Source of the DNA: Anaeromyxobacteraceae bacterium
GTDB lineage: Bacteria; Myxococcota; Myxococcia; Myxococcales; Anaeromyxobacteraceae
Assembly: GCA_032654565.1 (NCBI GenBank)
Contig: JAULAX010000007.1
Coordinates: 128,001 to 192,000 of the forward strand
Direction of reading: 5' to 3'
Length of the DNA: 64,000 nucleotides
Below, piece after piece: positions 34,117 to 44,501 of the stretch. Positions within the stretch are counted from its first letter, which is position 1, and the number at the start of each line of letters is the position of its first letter. Under the pieces are notes generated by a model that saw nothing but the letters and a program-made list of their open reading frames with translations, was not told where the DNA came from and searched no databases. A program made the translations under genes and the position numbers.

Positions 34117-34986
34117 CTAGCGGGTGACGCGCAGCGGGGCGCGGGGGCCGAGCACCGAGCTGCGGACGGCGCCGGTGGCGGGATCGTACTCGAAGCGGCC
34201 GCCGGAGGGGTCGGCGGGGAGGGTGGTCAGCTCGGCGGGCAGGAGATCCCCGAGCCGGACCGGGAGGCGGCCAGTCCGGGTTCGGTGAGCGGTCACGGCC
34301 CGCTCCAGCCTGGCCAGCACCTGGAAGGTGCGGATGCGGGTGAGGCGGGTCGCCAGGTCGTCGCGTAGCTCGGGTAGGTCGGCCTGGCCGAGCATCTGGG
34401 TGAGGAAGGCGGCGGCCGCATCGTACTCGTCGTCGGTGTTGGCCAGCGCCGAGAGGTTGGCGGCCAGCAGGGCCAGGTGTGGCTTCTTGCTGAGCTCGGC
34501 GGCCCGCCGGGCCAGACGCGCCGCCGCCGGGTAGTCCTGCTCGAAGATGAACTTGTTGGTGGCCTGGATGAAGGGGAGGTTCCAGCGCTCCGGGAGCGCC
34601 CGCATCCCCTTCTCCAGGATCCGGTCGGCCTCGGCGTGGCGCCCGGCCAGCCCGGCCAGGTTGGAGCCGGTCACCTGGTAGGCGTAGCCGTGGCGGGGGT
34701 CGAGGTCGGTGACGATCTCGGTGAGCGGGAGCAGCGCCTCCCAGCGGTCGCTCCTGGCCAGCAGCGTCTCGCCCATGTAGCTGACGGTGCGGAGCCAGTA
34801 GAAGTCGGAGAGGAGCAGCCGCTGGCCGAAGGAGGCGATCCGCAGCACCTGTCCGCTCGGCAGCCAGGCCGGGTCGCGGACGGCGCCGCGGGCGGAGGCC
34901 TCCGGCTCGAGCACGCCACGGGTCAGGGCGGTGACGCCGACGGCCGCGGCGAGCAGGGCGGCGAGGGTGACGGAGTGGCTGCGCAT
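34117..34986 (-). CDS. pilG: PilG-like (myxobacterial) TPR-like accessory protein
   Basis: N-terminal TM, LLSDFYWLR, VTDLDPR, ILEKG..ALPERW and C-terminal LP.DP.GG.F; directly downstream of pilA. Called mainly on synteny. Confidence 0.72.
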   Translation of the reverse strand: MRSHSVTLAALLAAAVGVTALTRGVLEPEASARGAVRDPAWLPSGQVLRIASFGQRLLLSDFYWLRTVSYMGETLLARSDRWEALLPLTEIVTDLDPRHGYAYQVTGSNLAGLAGRHAEADRILEKGMRALPERWNLPFIQATNKFIFEQDYPAAARLARRAAELSKKPHLALLAANLSALANTDDEYDAAAAFLTQMLGQADLPELRDDLATRLTRIRTFQVLARLERAVTAHRTRTGRLPVRLGDLLPAELTTLPADPSGGRFEYDPATGAVRSSVLGPRAPLRVTR

Positions 34987-35040
34987 CCGGTGCGAGGCAG
35001 GATACCGCTGGATTGACGAGGCCGGTCCAGGAAACGTCGA

Positions 35041-35068
35041 AGGGCGCCGCGCTGACGCGCGACGCCCT
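35041..35068 (-). terminator. Hairpin after pilA (terminator or mRNA stabiliser)
   Basis: AGGGCGTCGCGC-GTCA-GCGCGGCGCCCT followed by an interrupted TCGACGTTTCC tail. Confidence 0.6.
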
Positions 35069-35091
35069 CCTTGGTTCAGGCCAACCGGTGA

Positions 35092-35721
35092 CTAGAAGAC
35101 GTCAGGGCTGGTGGTGGTGCAGGGGGTGCCGTAGACGGTCTTGGCGCCGTCGAGGCAGCTGCCCAGGGTGCCCGGGAAGGCGGCGATGTTGCCGGTCTTG
35201 ACGGGGAAGCTGACGCCGTCGAGCGCCCCCTTGGCCAGGGCCACGTCGCCGTTGGTGCCGTCGCCGTCGATGTCGGCCGCGGCGCCGATCATGTAGCAGA
35301 TTCCCGAGTTTGCGCCGCCGATGGCGGTCGCACAGGGGGCAGAGGTGTCCACCTCGTAGTTGAAGTAGGTGGCCCCCTCGATCTGCCAGTCGATGGCCTG
35401 CGCCAGCGCCAGCTCGGTGGTGGCCCAGGTGATCTTGGCCGTGCCGATGGTGCCGGCCGGCATCGCCGTGCTGCCGAGCGAGTGGTAGGAGCCGGGCTCG
35501 TAGGCGGCGTCGAGGGCGCCGGTGATGATCACCTTGCGCTCGCCCTGGCGCAGCGCCTCCTCGGCCTTGCGGAGCCCCTCGATGTTGGAGGAGGCCTCCG
35601 AGAACTTGGAGCGGAGCTGGTACTTGACGAAGTTGGGGATGGCGATGGCGGCCAGGATGCCGATGATGGCCACGACGATCATCAGCTCGATCAGGGTGAA
35701 GCCACGGGTCAGCTTCTTCAT
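35092..35721 (-). CDS. pilA: Major type IVa pilin PilA (209 aa prepilin)
   Basis: [35 protein letters not shown] ribosome-binding site, four Cys, DIDGDG loop, its own sigma54-type promoter and a downstream hairpin. Confidence 0.93.
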   Translation of the reverse strand: MKKLTRGFTLIELMIVVAIIGILAAIAIPNFVKYQLRSKFSEASSNIEGLRKAEEALRQGERKVIITGALDAAYEPGSYHSLGSTAMPAGTIGTAKITWATTELALAQAIDWQIEGATYFNYEVDTSAPCATAIGGANSGICYMIGAAADIDGDGTNGDVALAKGALDGVSFPVKTGNIAAFPGTLGSCLDGAKTVYGTPCTTTSPDVF

Positions 35722-35816
35722 GTGTGTTCTCCGGTCAGGCCGGGACGCTGTGAGACGGCCGGCGTTGTGCCAGGCGGCGTGCGGCATGCTGCCCGACCTG
35801 GTTCGTGGATCCTGTT

Positions 35817-35832
35817 AGCACGGGGAGTGCCA
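35817..35832 (-). promoter_or_regulatory. Sigma54 (-24/-12) promoter of pilA
   Basis: Minus strand TGGCACTCCCCGTGCT (GG-N10-GC), about 95 nt upstream of the ATG. Consistent with the known PilR/sigma54 control of pilA in Myxococcus and Pseudomonas. Confidence 0.8.
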
Positions 35833-35915
35833 GCCGCCCATTTTACGAACCTCCATGAAATTCGCGGTGTAGCCGTTCGTCCCACCGGACCAATCCGGGC
35901 ACCCGGGTGGTCGCG

Positions 35916-35934
35916 GGTGACGAAAACCGTCACC
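35916..35934. promoter_or_regulatory. Perfect dyad, candidate PilR upstream activator site
   Basis: GGTGACG-AAAAC-CGTCACC, about 85 bp upstream of the -24 box. Confidence 0.55.
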
Positions 35935-36046
35935 TCCGGGGACCGCATGAACGCGGGACACCCAGGCGAGGCAACTTTGACAGCCGATCGCCGCCGTCCG
36001 ATCATCTGGCTCGCCCCGACGGTGTACCCGCGAGGGCCGAGACCAC

Positions 36047-37003
36047 GTGGACCCAGCCGCCGCCGACATCCTCCGACCCCTCTCCATCGCCTGGGGCGCC
36101 CTCGTCGGGTCGGTGGTGGGCAGCTTCCTCAACGTGGTGGTGGCCCGGCTGCCGAAGGGGGAGTCGGTGGTCCACCCCCGCTCGCGCTGCCCGGGGTGCG
36201 GTGCCCCCATCGCCTGGTACGACAACGTCCCGGTCCTCTCCTGGCTCCTGCTGCGGGCCCGCTGCCGCCGCTGCCGCGCCCGCATCAGCGCCCGCTACCC
36301 GCTGGTGGAGCTGCTGGTGGCCCTCCTCGGTGGGCTGGCGGTGGAGCGCCACGGCGTCTCCGCCGCCGCCGCTGCCGAGCTCACCTTCGGCGCGCTGCTG
36401 GTGGCGCTCGCCTTCATCGACCTCGACACCTGGCTGCTCCCCTTCGCGCTCAGCCTGCCGCTGGCGGCGCTGGGGCTGCTGGCGGGCGGGCTCGGCCTGG
36501 CCCCATCCGGCTCGCTCGGCGGCGCCCTGCTCGGCGGCGGCGTCGGCTTCCTGGCCTTCCTCGCGGTCCACCTGGTGGGCGAGAAGATCTTCAAGCGCGA
36601 GGCCATGGGGTTCGGCGACGTGGTGCTGCTCGGCGGCCTCGGCGGCTGGCTCGGTGTCGGGGGGCTGCTGCCGGTCATCCTCCTCTCCTCGTTGCAGGGC
36701 AGCGTGGTGGGGATCGCCCTGGTCCTGCTCGGCCGCGGGCAGCCCGGGCCGCCGGCCCCGGAGGCGACCGACGCCCCGTCCGCCCCTCCGGCCACGGTGC
36801 CCACCACCGCTCCGGTCGCAGCACCGCTTGACGGGGCGCTGCCCGCCGCCGAGGTGCCCGTCGCCGCAGAAGACGACTGGATCCCCCCGCGCCACGCGCT
36901 CCCCTTCGGCCCCTTCCTGGCGCTGGCGGCGCTGGAGTGGCTGCTGCTCGGACCCTGGCTGGCCCGCGCCGTCCCCCTGCTCTCCCCATTCGTGGGGCGG
37001 TGA
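36047..37003 (+). CDS. pilD: Prepilin peptidase/N-methyltransferase PilD
   Basis: GSFLNVV, SRCPGC, WYDNVPVLSW, CRRC, FID, MGFGD and PFGPFL. Confidence 0.96.
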   Translation: MDPAAADILRPLSIAWGALVGSVVGSFLNVVVARLPKGESVVHPRSRCPGCGAPIAWYDNVPVLSWLLLRARCRRCRARISARYPLVELLVALLGGLAVERHGVSAAAAAELTFGALLVALAFIDLDTWLLPFALSLPLAALGLLAGGLGLAPSGSLGGALLGGGVGFLAFLAVHLVGEKIFKREAMGFGDVVLLGGLGGWLGVGGLLPVILLSSLQGSVVGIALVLLGRGQPGPPAPEATDAPSAPPATVPTTAPVAAPLDGALPAAEVPVAAEDDWIPPRHALPFGPFLALAALEWLLLGPWLARAVPLLSPFVGR

Positions 37004-37009
37004 CCGCCG

Positions 37010-38122
37010 GTGAAGATGCAGCTTCGCCTCCACCTGCTCCTCCAGCTCACCGCGGTGGCGGCGGCGGTGGCGGCCGTCCTGCTGGCGGTGGGAGTGCCGC
37101 TGCTGGCGGCGCGCGCCCTCGGCCCCGGCCAGTTCCTGGCGCTGGTGCTGCTGGCGGCGCTGGCGGTGGTCGGCGTCGGCGGCCTCTTCCTGTCCCGCGG
37201 CGTGGCCCGGCCGCTCGACCGGCTGGTGGAGGCGGCGGCGCGGCTCGGCGCCGAGGGCGGGCTGCCGCCGCTGGGGCCGCCCGGCGACCAGGCCGGACCG
37301 AGCCTGGCGCGGGCCGCGGTGGCCTTCGAGCGGACCGCGGCGGCCCTCTCCGAGGAGCGGGCCCGGCTGGCGGCCAAGGTGGCCGAGCTGGAGGCGAGCC
37401 ACCGCCGCCTCGCCGAGGCGCAGGAGGAGCTGCTCCGCTCCGAGCGGCTGGCCTCGGTGGGGCGGCTGGCCGCCGGGATCGCCCACGAGGTGGGCAACCC
37501 GCTCGGCGCCATCGGCGGCTACGCCGAGCTGGCCCGGGCCAAGCTGGCCGACGGTAGCGCCGACCCGGCCGCGGTCGACGACTTCCTCCGGCGGATCGGC
37601 GTGGAGGCGCAGCGGATCGACGCCATCGTCCGCGACCTGCTCGACTTCGCCCGCCCGGCGCCGCTGGCGCTGGGCCCGGTCACGGTGGCCGCGGCCCTGG
37701 ACGCTGCGGCGCGGCTGGCGCGGGTGCAGGGGCGGTTCCGCGAGGTGGCGCTGGAGCTGGACCTGCCCGCCGACCTGCCGCCGGTCCGCGCCGACGAGCG
37801 GCGGCTGGCGCAGGTCTTCCTCAACCTGCTGCTCAACGCCGGCGACGCCATGGCGGGGGCGGGGCGGGTGCGGGTCACTGGCCGGCTCCGGCAGGGCCAG
37901 GTGATCGTCGAGGTGGAGGACGGCGGGCCAGGTCTGGCCCCGGAGGCCCGCCTCAAGCTCTTCGACCCCTTCTTCACCACCAAGGAGCCGGGGCAGGGGA
38001 CCGGGCTGGGGCTGTCGGTCTGCCACGGCCTGATGGCCTCCTTCGGCGGCTCCATCGAGGCCGGCGAGGCGCCCGGCGGCGGGGCCCGCTTCACGCTCCG
38101 GCTGGCCGCGGAGCCGCCGTGA
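37010..38122 (+). CDS. HAMP-containing sensor histidine kinase (PilS2-like)
   Basis: Two TM segments, HAMP-like ARPLDRL, AHEVGNPL, QVFLNLLLNA and FFTTKEPGQGTGLGL; follows pilD. Confidence 0.85.
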   Translation: MKMQLRLHLLLQLTAVAAAVAAVLLAVGVPLLAARALGPGQFLALVLLAALAVVGVGGLFLSRGVARPLDRLVEAAARLGAEGGLPPLGPPGDQAGPSLARAAVAFERTAAALSEERARLAAKVAELEASHRRLAEAQEELLRSERLASVGRLAAGIAHEVGNPLGAIGGYAELARAKLADGSADPAAVDDFLRRIGVEAQRIDAIVRDLLDFARPAPLALGPVTVAAALDAAARLARVQGRFREVALELDLPADLPPVRADERRLAQVFLNLLLNAGDAMAGAGRVRVTGRLRQGQVIVEVEDGGPGLAPEARLKLFDPFFTTKEPGQGTGLGLSVCHGLMASFGGSIEAGEAPGGGARFTLRLAAEPP

Positions 38123-40389
38123 CCGGTGGCGCGGCGCCGGGCACGCACGGGGAGAGCCCGGCGAGGGCCGTCGACGGAGAGGGGCGCTTGCCACCACCCA
38201 CCATCACGGAGGGGCGGAGCCGATGGGCCTTCGCCGCCGCGGTGGCGCTGCTGCTCCTCGTCGCCTTCCTGCTCCGCCTGGCCGGCGCCGCCGCCGCTTT
38301 CGATCAGGGCGAGCTGGTGACGCTGGACGGAGACTCGCTCTACCACCTGCACCGGATGCGGCTCATCGCCGAGCAGTTCCCGGCGGTGCCCTGGATCGAT
38401 CCGCTCATCGCCTGGCCGGCCGGGGCGGCCATCCCCTGGGCGGCCGGCTTCGACCTGCTGGGGGCAGCCCTCATCGTGCTGGGGCGGGCGGCCGGCGGCC
38501 CGGCGGGCGGCGATCTCTGGGTGGCGGCGCTCTGCCCGCTGCTCGGCGTGGCCGTGGTGGCGGCGGTGATCGAGCTGGCCCTGGCGCTCCAGCCGGCGGG
38601 GCCGGCCCGGCGCCCCGGCGCGCTGGCGGCCGGGATCCTGGCGGCGGTCCTCCCGCAGGGGGTCGCCATCTCGCGCTACGGACGGATCGACCACCACGTC
38701 GCCGAGGCGTTGGTCATGCTGCTGCTGGCCCGCTGGGCCCTGGCGGCCCTGCCGCCCCGGGGCGGCGGAACGACGCGGCAGCGGCTGGTCTTCGAGGTGG
38801 CGGGCGGCGCCCTCGCCGCCGGGGCGGTGCTGGTCTTCACCGGCTCGCCGCTCTACGTGGCGCTGGTGGTGCCGCTGCTGGCCGGCGCGGCGCTGGTCCG
38901 CGAGCGCCCCTCGGTGCTGGGGAGCGGCGGCCCCGGGCTGTTGCTCGGTGGCGCGCTGGCGGGGCTGGCGTCTGCGCCGGCAGTAGCCGCGAACGGCCGC
39001 GCCTTCGCCTTCGGCTTCCCTTCCTGGCTCCAGCCGCTGCTGCTGGCCGCCGCCGGGCTGGCAGTCTGCGCCGTGGCCGCGGTCGGCGCCCGGGTCGGGC
39101 CCGGCCGGAGGCGGCTGGGGCTGGTGGCGGCCGGGCTGGTCGCGCTGGCGGTGCTGGGGGCGCTCGCCGTACCCCAGGGGCTGGGCCAGGCGGTGGCCGG
39201 ATTGCGCGAGTGGCTCTTCAAGGCCGATCCCTGGCTGCGGACCATCGATGAGTTCCAGCCGCTCCTCTCCTCCCGGCGCGGCGGCCACGGCAGCGTGACC
39301 CGGTACTTCGGCGTTGCCGGGTTCGCCACGCCGCTGGCCCTGCCGCTGGCCTGGTGGGCGGCGCGCGCTGCCACACCGGCCCGGGCCGCCGGACTCCTCT
39401 GGCTCTGCTCGGCGCTGGCCGGGCTGACGCTCCTGCAGGTCCGCTTCGGGCGGGTCTTCGTCCCGTTCCTGGCCCTCGCCGCCGGGCTGGCGCTGGCCTG
39501 GCTGGCCGGACGGCTCCGCCCTGCGGGCCGGCTGGCGCCGCTCGCTCCGCTGGTCGCCGCGCTGGCGCTGCTCGACCCGGCGGTCCGCGCCGGCCTTGGC
39601 ACCAGCCGCGATCCCATCCCCAACGCCATGGTCGAGGTGGCCCGCGAGCTGCGCCGGCGCCCCGCCGGGCCGAGCCCCGGCGTACTGGCCCCGTGGGATC
39701 TCGCCAACGAGGTGCTGACGCTGGCAGGGCGGCCGGTGGTGGTCACCGGCTTCGGCCCGTACCCGGATCCGGCCGCCTACTGGGAGACGGTCAAGGCCTA
39801 CACGGCCAGTGAAGAGGAGCTGCTGCCGTGGCTGGCCGGGCGGCGGGTGGGCTGGGTGGTGGCCGGCGCCGCCAACCTCTTCGGCCGGGTGCGCAGCGCC
39901 GACGCCCTCATCCCGTTCAGCAACGGGGAGTTCGACCCGCGCTGGCTGCAAGGCACGCCATCCGCCCCGCTCCTCATCGGCGGCTCCGGCGTTCCGGCGC
40001 TGGGGGTTCGCCACTTCGGCCACCTCATGCCGATCCTCGCCGCGACGCGGGTCGTGAAGGGGCTGAAGTCGCCGCTGCCGGTGATCTGGCTCTACGCGGT
40101 GGTGGCCGGCGCCGAGCTGACCGGCCGGGCGCCGGCCGGCGCGCGGGTGGTGCTGGAGGTCCCGCTCACCGAGCACGGGCGCCCCCACACCTGGCGCGCC
40201 TGGGCCGACGCCGGGGCCGACGGGCGCTGGCAGCTGCGTGTGCCGCTCCCCACGGATCTGTCCACGCAGACCATCCGGACGGCGACGGGGCGGCTCCGGG
40301 TAGGGGACGGCCCGGCCCAGCCCCTCGAGATCACGGAGTCGACGGTCCGCGCCGGCGGGATCATCGCCGCCCCCGGCGACACGCGCTAG
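38119..40389 (+). CDS. STT3/AglB/PglB-family oligosaccharyltransferase-like membrane protein
   Basis: DGDSLYHLHR, DPLIAWPAG...W, DHH (38689-38697), TIDE (39241-39252) and WWDYG-equivalent VLAPWDLAN......RPVV (39691-39705); about 13 TM segments plus a C-terminal soluble domain. Confidence 0.8.
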   Translation: MTGGAAPGTHGESPARAVDGEGRLPPPTITEGRSRWAFAAAVALLLLVAFLLRLAGAAAAFDQGELVTLDGDSLYHLHRMRLIAEQFPAVPWIDPLIAWPAGAAIPWAAGFDLLGAALIVLGRAAGGPAGGDLWVAALCPLLGVAVVAAVIELALALQPAGPARRPGALAAGILAAVLPQGVAISRYGRIDHHVAEALVMLLLARWALAALPPRGGGTTRQRLVFEVAGGALAAGAVLVFTGSPLYVALVVPLLAGAALVRERPSVLGSGGPGLLLGGALAGLASAPAVAANGRAFAFGFPSWLQPLLLAAAGLAVCAVAAVGARVGPGRRRLGLVAAGLVALAVLGALAVPQGLGQAVAGLREWLFKADPWLRTIDEFQPLLSSRRGGHGSVTRYFGVAGFATPLALPLAWWAARAATPARAAGLLWLCSALAGLTLLQVRFGRVFVPFLALAAGLALAWLAGRLRPAGRLAPLAPLVAALALLDPAVRAGLGTSRDPIPNAMVEVARELRRRPAGPSPGVLAPWDLANEVLTLAGRPVVVTGFGPYPDPAAYWETVKAYTASEEELLPWLAGRRVGWVVAGAANLFGRVRSADALIPFSNGEFDPRWLQGTPSAPLLIGGSGVPALGVRHFGHLMPILAATRVVKGLKSPLPVIWLYAVVAGAELTGRAPAGARVVLEVPLTEHGRPHTWRAWADAGADGRWQLRVPLPTDLSTQTIRTATGRLRVGDGPAQPLEITESTVRAGGIIAAPGDTR

Positions 40390-40398
40390 ACTCGCTCC

Positions 40399-41772
<1,374 letters not shown>

Positions 41773-41949
41773 GCGGGGGTGGGCGGACGGCCCCGGCGGG
41801 GGGGGGGCGGGAGGCCACCCGGAGCATCCACGGACGCACACTGACGCATCACTTCGCGTCGCGGACGCATCGAGAGCCCCACAGATGCGATATCGGCGCC
41901 GGTCGCTTTCTTGATCCCATCGGGATCGATCGCGTAGCGTCTCCCCTGC

Positions 41950-42216
41950 ATGGCTCCTCACACCCCGAAGACCGCCGTCCGCGCCGAGATCCAGCGCCGG
42001 CCGGCCAACAACCTGCAGCGCCTGCGCGAGGATCAGCTCCTCACCAAGGCGGAGCTGGCGCGCAAGGCCGGCGTCTCCCCGCTCACCGTGGCGCGCATCG
42101 AGGCCGGACAGGAGTGCCGGGTGGACACCAAGCGGAAGATCATCCTGGCGCTGGGCATGACCCCGTCCGACCGGGCCAAGGTGTTCGGCGGCGGCAGGAA
42201 GGGGCGGACGTCATGA
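41950..42216 (+). CDS. Small XRE/Cro-type helix-turn-helix protein
   Basis: NNLQRLRE..LTKAELARKAGVSPLTVARIEAG; ATGA overlap with pilM. Confidence 0.85.
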   Translation: MAPHTPKTAVRAEIQRRPANNLQRLREDQLLTKAELARKAGVSPLTVARIEAGQECRVDTKRKIILALGMTPSDRAKVFGGGRKGRTS

Positions 42217-43271
42217 GCCGGAGCAAGCTCGCGGTCGGGCTCGACATCGGGTCCTCGGGCGTCAAGCTCATCCAGCTGAAGGAGAAGAAGGGCGGCTACT
42301 CGCTGCTGGCCTACGGCACCGCGCCGCTGCCGCCCGAGGCCATCGTCGACGGCAGCCTGATGAACTCGGCGGCCATCGTCCAGGCCATCCAGGAGCTGGT
42401 GGCCCAGCACAAGGTCAAGACCCGCGAGGTGGCCATCGGCGTCCGCGGCCACTCGGTGATCATCAAGAAGATCTCCATGCCCCGCATGACCCAGGAGGAG
42501 CTGGACGAGTCGATCCTCTGGGAGGCGGAGCAGTACATCCCCTACGACGTCAAGGACGTGAACATCGACACCCAGATCCTCACGCCCGAGGGGGACGCCG
42601 CCGGCCAGATGGACGTGCTGCTGGTGGCCGCCAAGAAGGACATGATCAACGACTACTCGTCGGTCTGCGCCGAGGCCGGCCTGACCGCCACGGTGGTCGA
42701 CGTCGACGCCTTCGCGGTGCAGAACGCCTTCGAGGCCAGCTACGAGCTGTCGCCCAGCGACACCGTGGTGCTGATCAACGTGGGCGCGGCGGTGGCCAAC
42801 ATCAACATCCTCACCCGCGGCGTCACCACCTTCACCCGCGACATCACCATGGGCGGCAACGCCTTCACCGAGGAGATCCAGAAGCAGCTCAGCATCTCCT
42901 ACGACGAGGCCGAGGCCTTGAAGGTGGGCGGGCAGGGCGAGACCGACGCGGTGGTGCCCCAGGAGGTGGAGCGGGTCATCCAGGGGGTCGCCGAGCAGAT
43001 GGGCGGCGAGATCCAGCGCTCCCTCGACTTCTTCGCCTCCTCGGCCGCCGACGCCCGCATCTCCCGGGTCTTCCTCTCCGGGGGCACGGCGCGCATCCCG
43101 GCGCTCTTCAAGGTCATCGAGGCGCGGGCCGGGGTGCCGGTGGAGATCCTCAACCCGTTCAAGAACATCGAGATCGACAATCGCAAGTTCGACCCGGCGG
43201 CCATCCTGGCCGGCGCGCCGGCGGCGGCGGTCGCGGTCGGGCTGGCGCTGCGCCGGCCCGGGGACAAGTGA
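42213..43271 (+). CDS. pilM: Type IV pilus assembly protein PilM
   Basis: VGLDIGSSGVK, EAEQYIPY, VLLVAAKK, EIQRSLDFF and LSGG. Confidence 0.95.
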   Translation: MSRSKLAVGLDIGSSGVKLIQLKEKKGGYSLLAYGTAPLPPEAIVDGSLMNSAAIVQAIQELVAQHKVKTREVAIGVRGHSVIIKKISMPRMTQEELDESILWEAEQYIPYDVKDVNIDTQILTPEGDAAGQMDVLLVAAKKDMINDYSSVCAEAGLTATVVDVDAFAVQNAFEASYELSPSDTVVLINVGAAVANINILTRGVTTFTRDITMGGNAFTEEIQKQLSISYDEAEALKVGGQGETDAVVPQEVERVIQGVAEQMGGEIQRSLDFFASSAADARISRVFLSGGTARIPALFKVIEARAGVPVEILNPFKNIEIDNRKFDPAAILAGAPAAAVAVGLALRRPGDK

Positions 43272-43864
43272 CCATGGTCCGGATCAACCTACTCCCGGTT
43301 CGGGTTTCGAAGAAGAAGGAGGCGGGCAAGCAGCAGCTCGTCATCTTCGCGGCGGTGCTGCTGGTCGGCCTGGCCGGCAACTTCTTCTGGGCCTCCTCCC
43401 GGGCCGGCGACCTCAAGGCGCGCGAGGCCAAGCTGGCCCGCACCCGCGACGACATCGCCCAGCTCGAGCGGATCATCGGCGAGGTCAAGAACATCAAGGA
43501 CGCCCAGCAGGAGCTGCAGAAGAAGCTCGACGTCCTCGACAAGCTCAAGCAGGGGCGCAGCGGCCCGGTGCGCATGCTCGACGAGCTGGCCAGCGTCACC
43601 CCGCGCCAGCTCTGGCTCACCAAGATGGACGAGAAGAACGGGGCCATGGTCTTCGGCGGCGCGGCGCTGAGCATCGACGACGTCTCCGAGTTCATGACCA
43701 AGCTCAAGCAGTCGAAGTACTTCACCAAGGTGGAGCTGAAGAAGACCACCGCGGTCAAGTCCACCGGGCGCGGAGACCGGCTGGTGAACTTCGAGATCCA
43801 GGCCACCGCCAAGTACAACCCGCTGGCGGCCGAGGCGGCTGGCGCGCCCGGGAAGAAGGGGTAA
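43268..43864 (+). CDS. pilN: Type IV pilus assembly protein PilN
   Basis: INLLP motif, one TM and a coiled coil. Confidence 0.93.
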   Translation: MTMVRINLLPVRVSKKKEAGKQQLVIFAAVLLVGLAGNFFWASSRAGDLKAREAKLARTRDDIAQLERIIGEVKNIKDAQQELQKKLDVLDKLKQGRSGPVRMLDELASVTPRQLWLTKMDEKNGAMVFGGAALSIDDVSEFMTKLKQSKYFTKVELKKTTAVKSTGRGDRLVNFEIQATAKYNPLAAEAAGAPGKKG

Positions 43865-43868
43865 GGCG

Positions 43869-44501
43869 ATGGAACAGCTCATCGAGAGGATCGCCAAGGC
43901 GCCCACCGGGCTCAAGGCCGGCGTGGTGGCCGGTGCGCTGGCGCTGGTCACGGCGCTCTCCTACTTCGTCTTCTCGCTCCCCTACGGGCCGTCGGTCTCG
44001 GAGATCGAGACCCGCATCAAGAAGACCATCGCCGAGCAGGCCCGGCTGGAGCGCGACTACACCGAGAAGCAGGCCATCGCCAACGACCTGAACCGCTTCC
44101 GCAAGGAGAAGGAGCTGCTCGAGCAGCGGCTGGCCGAGGCCCTGGCCGAGCTGCCCGAGGAGAAGAACATCGACGAGCTGCTCCAGCTCTTCCAGGATCG
44201 GGCCCAGAAGGCCGGCCTGGAGATCTCCACCATCACGCCGGAGGCGGAGAAGTCGGAGGGGTTCTACGCCCGCATCCCCATCCCCATGACCGTGACCGGC
44301 AACTTCCACGAGATCGCCACCTTCTTCGACTCGCTGGGGAGGCTGCGCCGCATCGTCAACGTCAGCGACATCTCCATGTCGACGCCCAAGGACGTGGCCG
44401 GGAAGATGGTGGTGGACGCCAAGTTCATGGTCACCACCTTCATGTTCCTCAACCAGGCCAAGAACGCCCCGGCCGGCGCCAGGAAGGGGGGGACCAAGTG
44501 A
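43869..44501 (+). CDS. pilO: Type IV pilus assembly protein PilO
   Basis: TM plus coiled coil, LPEEKNIDELL, GNFHEIATFF and LRRIVNV. Confidence 0.93.
   Translation: MEQLIERIAKAPTGLKAGVVAGALALVTALSYFVFSLPYGPSVSEIETRIKKTIAEQARLERDYTEKQAIANDLNRFRKEKELLEQRLAEALAELPEEKNIDELLQLFQDRAQKAGLEISTITPEAEKSEGFYARIPIPMTVTGNFHEIATFFDSLGRLRRIVNVSDISMSTPKDVAGKMVVDAKFMVTTFMFLNQAKNAPAGARKGGTK

Noticed and set aside
35092..35700. PilA as an electrically conductive (e-pilin) type
   Set aside because: It is a long pilin with 16 F/Y/W in 202 mature residues (about 8%) and has no aromatics around positions 50-51 (EEALR), so it does not fit the proposed e-pilin pattern.
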